A stretch of DNA of 64,000 bases. It comes from Pseudomonadota bacterium. Lineage in GTDB: Bacteria > Verrucomicrobiota > Verrucomicrobiia > Limisphaerales > SXTU01. Made by a program: the position numbers and the translations under genes. Each line of letters opens with the position of its first letter. Positions within the stretch are counted from its first letter, which is position 1. A model generated the notes under the pieces. The model searched no databases. It saw only the letters and a program-made list of their open reading frames with translations, and was not told the DNA's origin. The stretch is taken from assembly GCA_009924135.1 (NCBI GenBank), contig RFSE01000011.1, positions 921 to 64,920 of the forward strand, read 5' to 3'. Below are positions 36,949-46,092 of this stretch, piece by piece.

Positions 36949-38232
36949 TCATAGTTCCTTCACGACAAACGCGGCAAACTCCGCGTGCAGGTGCGGCGGG
37001 ATGCGGGCCTTGAACAGCGCGTTCTCCCCGCTGTAATCGCGTTCGACGATTTGCGCCACCTCATGCAGCTTGGCCATGACTCCGGCTTCCGTGTGCGGAA
37101 TGGCCAGTTCGACAAAATTGCGCACGGGCCGCAGCGCGGTGCCCAGCTCGCTCATCAAACCCGTGAAACCTTCGCCGGTGCGGGCCGACACCGCAACGGC
37201 GCGCGGATGTGCCATCAGCCAACGGGCCACCAAGTCCGGCGGCGCGTGATCAATCTTGTTCAACACCAGCATCGTCGGCTTGTCCCCGGCGTGGATTTCC
37301 TCGAGTACATCGTTGACGGCGCGGATGTGGTCCTCGGCCTGCGGGTGCGTGCAGTCCACCACATGCAGGAGCAGGTCCGCTTCGACCACTTCTTCCAACG
37401 TGGCCTTGAAAGCCTCGACGAGGCGGTGCGGCAACTTGCGGATGAAACCCACGGTGTCGGACAACAGCACGTTCTGGTTCGTCGGCAGGCGCAGGCGGCG
37501 CGTCGTGGGGTCCAGCGTGGCGAAGAGCTTGTCTTCGGCGAGCACGGCGGCTCCGGTGAGCTTGTTGAAGAGCGTGGACTTGCCGGCGTTCGTGTAACCG
37601 ACAATCGAGGCGAGCGGCCATTGGTTCCGCTGACGGCCCGCGCGTTGCGTGGCGCGCTGGCGGCGGACGATGTCGAGTTCCTCATCCAGCTTCTCGATGC
37701 GCTCGGAGATTTTGCGGCGATCGGCTTCGAGCTGGGATTCGCCTTCGCCGCCGATGGCGCCCATGCCGCCGCGCTGACGGGAAAGGTGCGTCCAGTAGCG
37801 CGTGAGCCGCGGGAGCAGGTACTGAAGCTGCGCCAACTCGACCTGCAGCTTGCCTTCGCGGGTGCGGGCGCGCTGCGCGAAGATGTCGAGAATCAGCGCG
37901 GTGCGGTCCATCACCGTGCCCTCGAAGACCTTCTCCAGGTTGCGCGTCTGCGCGGGCGACAGCTCGTCGTCGAAGATGATGGTGTCCACCTTCTGTTCGC
38001 GGCAGTGCGCGGCGAACTCCTGGGCCTTGCCGGTGCCGATGAACGTGGCGGGATGGATGTTCTCCAGCTTCTGGATGCCTTCGCCCACGATGTTCGAGCC
38101 GGCGGTGCGCGCCAGCTCGGTCAACTCGGCCATCGAGTCGGCCGTGGTCCACGGGGTGCCGGATTTTAATTCCACGCCGACGAGGAAGACGCGTTCGGCC
38201 TTGTGGTGGGGGTCTGCGATGAGTGCTTTCAA
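36949..38232 (-). CDS. hflX: GTPase HflX
   Basis: HflX N-domain (FDDELSPAQTRNLE, DRTALILDIFAQRARTREGKLQVELAQL). G motifs GYTNAGKSTLFN, DTVGFI, NKID. Confidence 0.95.
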   Translation of the reverse strand: MKALIADPHHKAERVFLVGVELKSGTPWTTADSMAELTELARTAGSNIVGEGIQKLENIHPATFIGTGKAQEFAAHCREQKVDTIIFDDELSPAQTRNLEKVFEGTVMDRTALILDIFAQRARTREGKLQVELAQLQYLLPRLTRYWTHLSRQRGGMGAIGGEGESQLEADRRKISERIEKLDEELDIVRRQRATQRAGRQRNQWPLASIVGYTNAGKSTLFNKLTGAAVLAEDKLFATLDPTTRRLRLPTNQNVLLSDTVGFIRKLPHRLVEAFKATLEEVVEADLLLHVVDCTHPQAEDHIRAVNDVLEEIHAGDKPTMLVLNKIDHAPPDLVARWLMAHPRAVAVSARTGEGFTGLMSELGTALRPVRNFVELAIPHTEAGVMAKLHEVAQIVERDYSGENALFKARIPPHLHAEFAAFVVKEL

Positions 38233-38283
38233 CTTATGGTGCCGCGCAGCGTAGCACGCCCGGCGGCGGGGCGGAAGAGGACT

Positions 38284-39513
38284 TCACGGGGTTAACACCG
38301 TCCCGGCCAGGCTTACGATCAACTGCCGGCCAAACGCCAGCCGGTCCTCCGTCGTCGGCAGGCGCTTGAGCTTGGGGCCGGGACTGATGCGCTGCTCCAT
38401 GAGCAGGATGGGCACCCGGCGCTCCTTCCACAGGACGTTCGCCGTGTTCGACGGAGTGAGGACGATGCCCAGCTTGCGCAAGGGGTCGAAGCTCGTGTCA
38501 GCGACCAGCCTGGCAAACAGCCGCTGAAACTTCGCCTGCTCAGCCTCGTCGTCCACCATCGTGTCCACGTATTCGGCGGTCTCGGTGTTGTGAAGGTTGA
38601 GCATGACGTCGATGGGACGGCTGGCGTGAGCGGCCAGGATGGCCTTCTTGGCGTACCAGATCTCGGGCATGAGCCGCAGCCAGCGCGGGTCACGCAGATC
38701 GACCTCGTCCCAGTGGCGGTTCACGTCCCAGCCATGCGCATTGAAACGCACCTTGCCCAGCGCGCAGCCATCGGGATCGAGCATCGGCGTAAATTTGAAA
38801 ATCACCTGGTCGCGCAACGCCCGGGCCTGCGGACCGTCCGAGGTGATGAAGCGGAGCGCCCCTTCCATGACAAACGAGGTGCCGGCCTCCCACGCATGTT
38901 GACGGGCCTGGAGCCAGACGGTTTTCTTCGCCTCATCGGGCCGCTCGAAATTCGTTACCGTAACCAGGTGAAGGTCCCGGCCCAGAACGGTCTTGCCGAT
39001 GACTTCGACCCGCGTGTGTGGCGGACGGTCCAGTTCGGCGAGCAGCTTGAGCAACTTCGCATGTGGGTATGGCGGCACATGCGCAAGCCAGACGGTGTTT
39101 TGCGCCGGCTTGAGTTTGAGCGTGGACTCCTTCCTGACGTCATCCCAAACGACGTCTTCGCAGTGATGCCAGGTCTCGCCATCGTCGCTGAAGACCGGCC
39201 GGAGCGTCGGACCCATCGGGCACGCGCCGGGCTTGTCGTTGTATTCGCCCACCCAGTCCGTGAACGTCAGGGTCAGTTCGCGTGCGGCGACGTTGTCCAT
39301 GCGGAAGGAAAACCACGTCGTCTGCCGGTTGCGTCCGCGTTCGTCGTATTGCCCCTCGACGTGCAGGCGGAACGTGGTGTCGTCAAGCTTCTCGATCTTG
39401 CCGATCGAAGCGCCCTCGAAGGACTTGTCAAACGTAACGGCCGGCTGGCCCTGCGCCCGAACGGTGACCACGCCGAGCAACCACGCGCACGCAATGAATC
39501 GCAGGAAGTCCAC
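38284..39513 (-). CDS. M14-like zinc carboxypeptidase domain protein, secreted
   Basis: Signal peptide MDFLRFIACAWLLGVVTVRAQG. HxxE in QARQHAWEAGTS and a later NLHNTE. The N-terminal beta-sandwich-like region resembles cytosolic-carboxypeptidase-type M14 proteins. Confidence 0.65.
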   Translation of the reverse strand: MDFLRFIACAWLLGVVTVRAQGQPAVTFDKSFEGASIGKIEKLDDTTFRLHVEGQYDERGRNRQTTWFSFRMDNVAARELTLTFTDWVGEYNDKPGACPMGPTLRPVFSDDGETWHHCEDVVWDDVRKESTLKLKPAQNTVWLAHVPPYPHAKLLKLLAELDRPPHTRVEVIGKTVLGRDLHLVTVTNFERPDEAKKTVWLQARQHAWEAGTSFVMEGALRFITSDGPQARALRDQVIFKFTPMLDPDGCALGKVRFNAHGWDVNRHWDEVDLRDPRWLRLMPEIWYAKKAILAAHASRPIDVMLNLHNTETAEYVDTMVDDEAEQAKFQRLFARLVADTSFDPLRKLGIVLTPSNTANVLWKERRVPILLMEQRISPGPKLKRLPTTEDRLAFGRQLIVSLAGTVLTP

Positions 39514-39522
39514 AGCCAGAGA

Positions 39523-42039
39523 CTATGGGTTGGTAGTCTTCGGCACCTCGAAAATGTCGGGTGATTTTAGTTGTGTGTCCGGCACGGGCACAGGCACGGG
39601 AGCGGGTGTCGCTGGGGTGCTCTGGGGAAGCTTGGATTTGCGTAGCTCCTCCAGCAGGTATTTTCGGGTCGCTTCGATCTCTTCGGCCTCGATGCGTTTC
39701 TTTTCCTTGGCCGCCTCGTCCTCCAGGCGCTTCTTCTCCCTGGCCGCATCGTCCGCGGCACGCTTCTTGTTATCAGCCTCTTCCTTGCGAACCTTTAATG
39801 CCTCCTTACGATCAGATTCAGCCACCGAGTTCTCCACGGCCCGGATGGTAGGCGAGTGCTCCCGCTCAGCCTGGGCACTGAGCGAAGCGGCTTGGGGAGT
39901 TTTCAACACCGTAGGACGGATCAGTACGATGAGTTCCTTGCGGGTCGGATTCTCGCTCGTGGAGCGAAATAGTGCGCCCAGGCCCGGAATGTCCTTGAGC
40001 ACCGGCACGCCGGTAACGCTCTTCGTGTTGGCCGTGCGAATGAGGCCGCCAAGGACGATCGTCTCGCCGTCCTTCACCGCCACCTTGGACTGGGCCGTAT
40101 GCCGGACGGTCTTGGGCACCTTCAGGTTGGCATCGATGGCCACCGTGCCGTTCTCACCTTCAATGGTCTGGTTGATATCCAACACCACGAGACCGTCCGC
40201 CGTGATCAGCGGCATGACCGACATGTTGATACCGATCTGGAGCTGCTGGATCTGGTTCTGCGAGCCGACACCGACACCGAAGGTCGTTCCCGTCACGTAA
40301 GGCGTGGTGCCGCCGGAGAAGATGGTGGCCGCCTCGGCGTGCGAAGTCTGAATGCGCGGTCGGGAAAGCACTTCCGTCTTGTTGTCACTCTCGAGCAATT
40401 GAATGGCCGCCGCCCAGTTCGCACCGATTGACGCCAGATAGCCAAACCCGCCGGTGGCGGCACCCACGCCCAGCACCGTGGTGTTGGTGGAGAAGTTGAT
40501 GACGGAGTTGATGCCGCCCTTGCCCGCAAATTGGTTTCCGGCTTTGGCCGTTTGCTGTCCGACCCCGAAGTTGACATCCAACTGGTGGGAAATGTCCGTT
40601 TCAAAGATCAAAGCCTCGATCAGCACCTGCTGCTGCGGAACATCGATTTCCTTGAGCAGCTTCGTGAGCATGGCGAGTTCGTTGGTGGTGGCGAGCACGA
40701 GCAGCGAGTTGCTGCGGTCATAGGGGATGATGCGGGCCTCGCCCAGCAGTGGCGCGGAACCGGAACGACCGCCGGTGATGTTGCTGACGATCGCGTTCAA
40801 ACGGTTTTGAAATGCAGAGCTGGCCGTGCCCGGGGTCGCCACGCCCGGCACGCCTGGAGTCGCGCCGCCCGGCTGTGTCCCAAAAGGCTGCGCCCCGCCA
40901 AAGCCAGCCGATCCCGGTATTCCGCTCGTGCCACCAAACGGAGTGGTTCCGGTACCGGTGCCCGTCGTTCGCCGGGTCGATCCCGTGGTTCCGCCACGCG
41001 CGCCCGTGCCGCCGCCGGCCGCCCCGCCGGAGGTCAGACTGCCGAGCACCTGGGCGACGTCCGCCGCGAGAGCGTAGTTGATGGGGATGACCTTGAACTG
41101 CTCGTCCGTGGGGACCGATTTGTCAATCTTCTCGAGGACCTCCATCATACGTTTGATGTTGATGGCGTTGTCGCGCATGACGAGCACCCCGGTCGCATCA
41201 ATGGGCAGCAAGCCGCCGGGCAATTTTGCAAACGGCTGCAAGGCCGACACTACCTCGCTGGGCTTGGCGTATTTCACCTCGACGATTTTGGTGATGTACT
41301 GGCCCGCCTCCGGCAGATCTTTCGAACTGTTGGTATTGAACATCGCACCTTCCTGGCCGGCCGTGGCGGTGGGCACCACGGTGAGGAACTTCTCACCGGT
41401 GTAAATCACCGCAATGCCATTGAGGGAAAGCACGCTGTCGATCGCCTGCAAGGTTTCCTTCACCGTAAGTTTGGTCTGGGCCTTCAACGTGATCTGGGCC
41501 GCCGGCAGTGAAGCCGGTTTCAACACCGTTCGCCGGGTCAGTTTGGAATAAACCTCCAGTACTTGGTCGAGCGGGGCCGCCTGAAATTGCGTTACCGCCT
41601 CATCCAGAATTTGATCCGGCAGGAAGACTTCATCCTCATCGTCCTTGCCGGCGGTGACTGGCCTGGCGAGGCCATTTGTCCCGGGAGCATTCGTGGTGGC
41701 CGCCCGAGCCGTGCTCACTGCCGGCTCGGCTGCGGGCAGGGTCGGAAAAGCCGGAAAGGCTGGGAAGGGTTTGGCGGTCGGATTGCTACCGGCTGCGGGC
41801 GGTGGCGGGGTGAATTGCGCCGGAGCCGCGGTGTTCGGTTTCGTCGTGGACACCCCCGTGGCGGTGTTCGTCACCGCGCTGACGGCGGAAGGCGCGTTGG
41901 GAAAAATCGGCCGCACGGGCTCCGAAATGCGGGTCTTGCTCGGCGTGGGGCCCGGCGGCCCTGGTGGCGCTGGTGGCACTTGCGCGCAGAGCACAATCGC
42001 GACGGCGAGGAGGATAAGGCACGCCAGCTTGGTTTTCAT
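39523..42039 (-). CDS. secretin (GspD/PilQ family) with a Pro/Ala/Thr-rich N-region and a Lys/Glu-rich coiled-coil C-terminal extension
   Basis: Has a signal peptide, N0/N1-like domains (ITKIVEVKYAKPSEVVSAL..., FKVIPINYALAADVAQVL) and a secretin core (TEVLSRPRIQTSHAEAA..., VTGVPVLKDIPGLGALFRS). The C-terminal tail of about 110 aa reads KEALKVRKEEADNKKRAADDAAREKKRLEDEAAKEKKRIEAEE...PAPVPVPVP. Confidence 0.9.
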   Translation of the reverse strand: MKTKLACLILLAVAIVLCAQVPPAPPGPPGPTPSKTRISEPVRPIFPNAPSAVSAVTNTATGVSTTKPNTAAPAQFTPPPPAAGSNPTAKPFPAFPAFPTLPAAEPAVSTARAATTNAPGTNGLARPVTAGKDDEDEVFLPDQILDEAVTQFQAAPLDQVLEVYSKLTRRTVLKPASLPAAQITLKAQTKLTVKETLQAIDSVLSLNGIAVIYTGEKFLTVVPTATAGQEGAMFNTNSSKDLPEAGQYITKIVEVKYAKPSEVVSALQPFAKLPGGLLPIDATGVLVMRDNAINIKRMMEVLEKIDKSVPTDEQFKVIPINYALAADVAQVLGSLTSGGAAGGGTGARGGTTGSTRRTTGTGTGTTPFGGTSGIPGSAGFGGAQPFGTQPGGATPGVPGVATPGTASSAFQNRLNAIVSNITGGRSGSAPLLGEARIIPYDRSNSLLVLATTNELAMLTKLLKEIDVPQQQVLIEALIFETDISHQLDVNFGVGQQTAKAGNQFAGKGGINSVINFSTNTTVLGVGAATGGFGYLASIGANWAAAIQLLESDNKTEVLSRPRIQTSHAEAATIFSGGTTPYVTGTTFGVGVGSQNQIQQLQIGINMSVMPLITADGLVVLDINQTIEGENGTVAIDANLKVPKTVRHTAQSKVAVKDGETIVLGGLIRTANTKSVTGVPVLKDIPGLGALFRSTSENPTRKELIVLIRPTVLKTPQAASLSAQAEREHSPTIRAVENSVAESDRKEALKVRKEEADNKKRAADDAAREKKRLEDEAAKEKKRIEAEEIEATRKYLLEELRKSKLPQSTPATPAPVPVPVPDTQLKSPDIFEVPKTTNP

Positions 42040-42635
42040 GGACGTTTGGGGGTTGCAGGAGACGATTGCTTGGCGACGGGCGCGGGCTTCTGATAGCTCG
42101 CGACCATGGTCAACTCACCCATCAACTTCATCTGGGAAGGATCGGGCTTCACGGTCAGGTCACGGATGCGGATGGTGGAATTGTTCTCGCCCAGCGACAC
42201 CATGAACTTGACCAGTTCGGCGTCACCGGTGTTTTGAAAGCTGATGCGCAACGTCTGTTCGTCGAAGTAGGAGTTGGCGTTCTGGCCACCGGACTGGCCG
42301 GGGATGCGGTTGACCACGACGATGCCCGAGGCGCTCGCCTTGGCATCCACCGTGCGCATGAGCGCGAGCGCCATCTCGCTCGAGGCGAGTTGCGCGCCGC
42401 CCACGCCCTTCAGTTCGGTTTCTTTCTTCTCCAGCTTGGGAAGCTGGTCCACTTCCTTCTGATAATCGGCGAGCAGCTTCTGCGCCTTGGCGATCTCCAG
42501 TTGCACCTTGTTCCAGTCCTGAAAGTGCGGCCAGACGAACATGGCATTGACCACCACGAAAAGCACAAGCATCGCACCCACAACGATGCGGCGCTCCAGC
42601 GCGCCGAGGTTCAGCTTGTCGAAGATCGATTTCAT
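42036..42635 (-). CDS. PilO/GspM-like inner-membrane assembly protein
   Basis: N-terminal TM (IVVGAMLVLFVVVNAMFVW), then a coiled coil, then a small alpha/beta domain. ATGA overlaps occur at both ends (42632-42635 and 42036-42039). Confidence 0.6.
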   Translation of the reverse strand: MKSIFDKLNLGALERRIVVGAMLVLFVVVNAMFVWPHFQDWNKVQLEIAKAQKLLADYQKEVDQLPKLEKKETELKGVGGAQLASSEMALALMRTVDAKASASGIVVVNRIPGQSGGQNANSYFDEQTLRISFQNTGDAELVKFMVSLGENNSTIRIRDLTVKPDPSQMKLMGELTMVASYQKPAPVAKQSSPATPKRP

Positions 42636-44026
42636 TCGAGTTCGGGCCCCCTCAGTTCGCAGGCCAGGGTCCAGCTGAACTGGCTCGCCGCCGCACCGCT
42701 GCTCTGTGACGTGGGCGCACTGACGCTCTTGAACAACGGGAGCCCATTAAGCGTGGCCGATTGGAGCGCGCTGCTGTAGTCGGTGAGCTTGCCGATCTCC
42801 GCCGCCGCCACCGTGCCGCGCAACGCGACTTTCTGGCCGCGCTGAAACGAGAAGTCCGTGAGCTGCATTCCCTCGGGCAGCTTGGCGGAGACGGCCTTGA
42901 GACTCTCGATGGCCGCGTATTTCAAGGCGATCTGCTCCTGCAACACCTGGATGCGCGCCTTGGTGACCAGGGCGTTGGTGTAGGACCCGGAGAGGTTGCC
43001 GGCCTGTTTCTGCAAATCCGCCTGCTGCTGCTGCGCCTGCTGAAGCACCACGAAGTAACCGGCCACCCCGAGCATGTAAAGGGCGACCAGGGCTCCCAGG
43101 CCACGCATCCACACGCTGTCCACAAACTGCTGGCGGTAGCGGGTGGCAAACTCCGGCGGGAGCAGATTCGCCTGGCTCTCGCCGCGCGCTGCACGTTGGG
43201 CGGCCAGCGTCGCCAAGGCGGCGGCATCGCAGGGCTTGGTGACATCCACGAGGCCATCGGCGAGTTCCCGCAGCACGCGCAGCCAGACCTCCTGATCCTC
43301 GGGCACGGACACCAGCCGGTAACGCGGCGGGCCGGTGAGCCAGCCTTCCAGTTCGCCCGCCCACGCGGATTTGGTCAGCACTTCGCCCAGTTCCCGCTGC
43401 CAGTGTTCCGGGCCGGTGAGCTTCACCAGGGTGATGCTGCGCAACTCACCGCCGTACCACCACGCAATGAGGCAGGAATTCAAATCGGCTCCCGAGCCGG
43501 GATAAACCCACGTACCATCGCCGTCCACCTTGGTGGCGAGCACCTGATGCAACTGCGGAACCTCCAGCCGGTCCGCCAGAAAACCGCGCCCCTGCAGCGT
43601 GCCGAGAAATTTCTCCACCTCGTGCCGCATCGCGACGAGCACGATGACCGTCTGCATCTCGCTGGGCAGGGAACTACGCGACGGCACGGTCTCAACGGTC
43701 CAGACAATCTGGGCGACCGGCAGGGGAGACACTTTCTCCAATGACAGCTCGACCATGGACAACAGTTCGGCGCGATCACATTTGGGAAATTGCGCCACCC
43801 GCAGAAACACGCTGCCGGCGGGCAGCCAGGCGATGTTGAGCCGGCTGCTGAAGAGCGCCCGCCAGTCCTTGGCCACCTGCTTGGCCGGGAGGGCGTCGCC
43901 GGGCAACCCCCCGAACTCCTCGTCCAGTTCAGCCGCCCCATTACTGGAGACATCGAAACACCAGAGCTGCCGCCGGTCGGCGGTGAGCTCCAGGATGTTG
44001 CAGGCGTTGGGAGGCGAGGGCTTCAC
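42632..44026 (-). CDS. GspL-like fusion: PilM-like cytoplasmic domain, TM segment and PilN-like periplasmic domain
   Basis: ORF 42632..44200 trimmed to GTG 44026, which overlaps the ATPase stop as GTGA. Contains the NLLPPEF...R motif, the TM LGALVALYMLGVAGYFVVL and a coiled coil, all typical of PilN. The roughly 300-aa N-terminal domain has a PilM-like segment (LRVAQFPKCDRAELLSMVELSLEKVSPLP). Confidence 0.65.
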   Translation of the reverse strand: MKPSPPNACNILELTADRRQLWCFDVSSNGAAELDEEFGGLPGDALPAKQVAKDWRALFSSRLNIAWLPAGSVFLRVAQFPKCDRAELLSMVELSLEKVSPLPVAQIVWTVETVPSRSSLPSEMQTVIVLVAMRHEVEKFLGTLQGRGFLADRLEVPQLHQVLATKVDGDGTWVYPGSGADLNSCLIAWWYGGELRSITLVKLTGPEHWQRELGEVLTKSAWAGELEGWLTGPPRYRLVSVPEDQEVWLRVLRELADGLVDVTKPCDAAALATLAAQRAARGESQANLLPPEFATRYRQQFVDSVWMRGLGALVALYMLGVAGYFVVLQQAQQQQADLQKQAGNLSGSYTNALVTKARIQVLQEQIALKYAAIESLKAVSAKLPEGMQLTDFSFQRGQKVALRGTVAAAEIGKLTDYSSALQSATLNGLPLFKSVSAPTSQSSGAAASQFSWTLACELRGPELE

Positions 44027-45789
44027 GGGGTCCTTCTTGAAGTCTTCGAAATAAACGTCGTCCCGGAGTCCTCGACGAGGGATTTCAGGTGTTCTTCGGT
44101 CTGGGTGACGCGCAGGACTTCCTCGATGGTGGTGACGCCGGCCTTCACCTTCTCCCAGCCGTCCTGACGGAGGGTGCGCATCCCGTCCTCGATGGCCCAA
44201 GAGGCGATGGTGGTGGCTGGTGAACGGTTCATGATCAGGGGACGCAAGGCCTCGGTGACCAGGAGAAGTTCATGGATGCCCTGCCGGCCCTGATAGCCGA
44301 GCAGCCGGCAGTCCTCGCAGCCGGCGCCCTTCCAGAACCGGCTGGTGGCGATCTCATCTGCCGGAAAGCCCACCCGGTTGAGGTAGGCGGTGTCCACGAC
44401 CTGCTCGATCTTGCACTTCGAACAGATGGTGCGAACCAGACGTTGCGCCATGATCGCTTCGACTGAGGAAGCGACGAGGAAGGGCTCGATGCCCATGTCA
44501 ATCAAGCGCGTGAAGGCGCTGGGCGCATCGTTGGTGTGCAGCGTGCTGAAGACCAAGTGGCCGGTAAGGGCGGCACGAATGGCGATTTCCGCCGTCTCCT
44601 GGTCGCGGATTTCGCCGACCATCACGACGTTCGGGTCCTGGCGCAAAATGTGGCGCAAGCCCATCGCGAAGGTCAGGCCGATGTCCGCGCGCACGGCAAT
44701 CTGGTTGATGCCCTTGAGTTCATATTCCACCGGCTCCTCGATCGTAATGATGCGCTTGTGCACCGAGTTGATGGAGCTGAGGAACGCGTAGAGCGTGGTG
44801 GACTTGCCCGAGCCGGTCGGCCCGGTGACAAGCATGATGCCGTGCGGCTTGTAAATGATGTCGCGGATGGCCGTTTCCTCCTTCGGCGTAAAACCCAGCT
44901 TGTCCAGGCTGAGGAAAATCTTCCCGCGCAGCAGCAGCCGCAGCGAGACGCTTTCGCCATAAACGGTCGGCACGGTCGAGACGCGGATGTCGATTTCCTC
45001 GCCCTTGATCCGCACGTTGATACGACCGTCCTGCGGCAGGCGTTTCTCAGAGATGTTCATCCCGGACATCACCTTGATGCGCGAGATGATCGCGGCCTGG
45101 AAGCGCTTGAGCTGCGGGGGCAGCGGAATCTGGTGCAGGATGCCGTCGATACGGTTGCGGATGCGCAACTCATCCTCCGCCGGCTCGAAGTGAATGTCCG
45201 TGGCGCGGGCCTTGAACGCTTCCCAGACGATCTGGTTGACGAACTTGATGACGCTGGCCTCCTGATCGCCCTCGGTGATTTCCTTGTCACTGGCGAGTTC
45301 GAGTTCCATCGGCTCGTTCTCGGACATCTCGTCCAGAGTCTCGGCTCCGACGCCGAAATACTTCTTCAACGCCTTTTCCACCTCGGTGCGCGGTGCCAGC
45401 GCGAACCGTACGGGACAATGCGCGTCGAACTGCACGGCATTAAGCAGCGCGGTATCGAAGGGGTTGCTCACGGCGACGGTCAGCACGCCCTCGGTGAAGC
45501 TCGTGGGAATGACGCCGTGCTGGAACGCGACCTTGGTGGAAATGCGGCCCCGCGCCTCGACCGGAATTTCCAGCAGCTTGAGATTGACGAACGGCCACGC
45601 CAGAGCGACCGCCAGTTTCTCCAGAAACGCCTCCTCGGTCAGCCCGGCCTCCCGGGCCATGAAGTCCAGCAGCGTCTCGGTCGAGCCGCCTTCGGAGGCC
45701 GCGCGCCAGAGCTTGGACCATGCGTCAAACTGCTCCGGTGTCGCCAGGGCGGCACGGGCAAATACGTTCTTGATGGAAACAAAGGCCAT
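44023..45789 (-). CDS. GspE/PilB-family type II/IV secretion ATPase
   Basis: Has a T2SSE_N-like N-domain, Walker A GPTGSGKSTT, Asp/His boxes, and the tetracysteine CSKC...CEDC. Confidence 0.95.
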   Translation of the reverse strand: MAFVSIKNVFARAALATPEQFDAWSKLWRAASEGGSTETLLDFMAREAGLTEEAFLEKLAVALAWPFVNLKLLEIPVEARGRISTKVAFQHGVIPTSFTEGVLTVAVSNPFDTALLNAVQFDAHCPVRFALAPRTEVEKALKKYFGVGAETLDEMSENEPMELELASDKEITEGDQEASVIKFVNQIVWEAFKARATDIHFEPAEDELRIRNRIDGILHQIPLPPQLKRFQAAIISRIKVMSGMNISEKRLPQDGRINVRIKGEEIDIRVSTVPTVYGESVSLRLLLRGKIFLSLDKLGFTPKEETAIRDIIYKPHGIMLVTGPTGSGKSTTLYAFLSSINSVHKRIITIEEPVEYELKGINQIAVRADIGLTFAMGLRHILRQDPNVVMVGEIRDQETAEIAIRAALTGHLVFSTLHTNDAPSAFTRLIDMGIEPFLVASSVEAIMAQRLVRTICSKCKIEQVVDTAYLNRVGFPADEIATSRFWKGAGCEDCRLLGYQGRQGIHELLLVTEALRPLIMNRSPATTIASWAIEDGMRTLRQDGWEKVKAGVTTIEEVLRVTQTEEHLKSLVEDSGTTFISKTSRRTP

Positions 45790-45886
45790 TCAGCTTCGAA
45801 GGCTTGAACGGCGAGAATAGGGAAAAGTTGCGTCCGGGGCAAAGGAATTGCCTCAGGGAAAGGCCTTAGCCGGACCGATTCATTCG

Positions 45887-46040
45887 CCACGGATGAAACA
45901 CGGACGGAACACGGATGGGGACGAGCTGAGCACGCATTCTGTCGCAGTTGCCTGCCGGCACCAAGCGGTGCGGGTCATGCAGCGGTGCGGAGCGGTCCCG
46001 GCACCGTTGGCTCCGTGTTTAATCCGTGTTCCATCCGTGG
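45887..46040. mobile_element. MITE-like element, copy 2
   Basis: ccacggatgaaacacggacggaacacggatgg ... ccgtgtttaatccgtgttccatccgtgg. About 90% identical to 31370-31523, with most differences in the interior. It lies between the ATPase start (45789) and the prc stop (46093). Confidence 0.75.
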
Positions 46041-46092
46041 CGCAACTGCATCGTAGGCTAAGCCAGACCGAAATCCACCTGTCCGATTGAGC

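Noticed and set aside
45790-45886. The equal 97-nt distance from an element arm to the start codon at both glpK and the secretion ATPase gene, considered as a conserved leader.
   Set aside because: The two 97-nt flanks show no sequence similarity when compared in the corresponding orientation. The equal length is probably coincidence.
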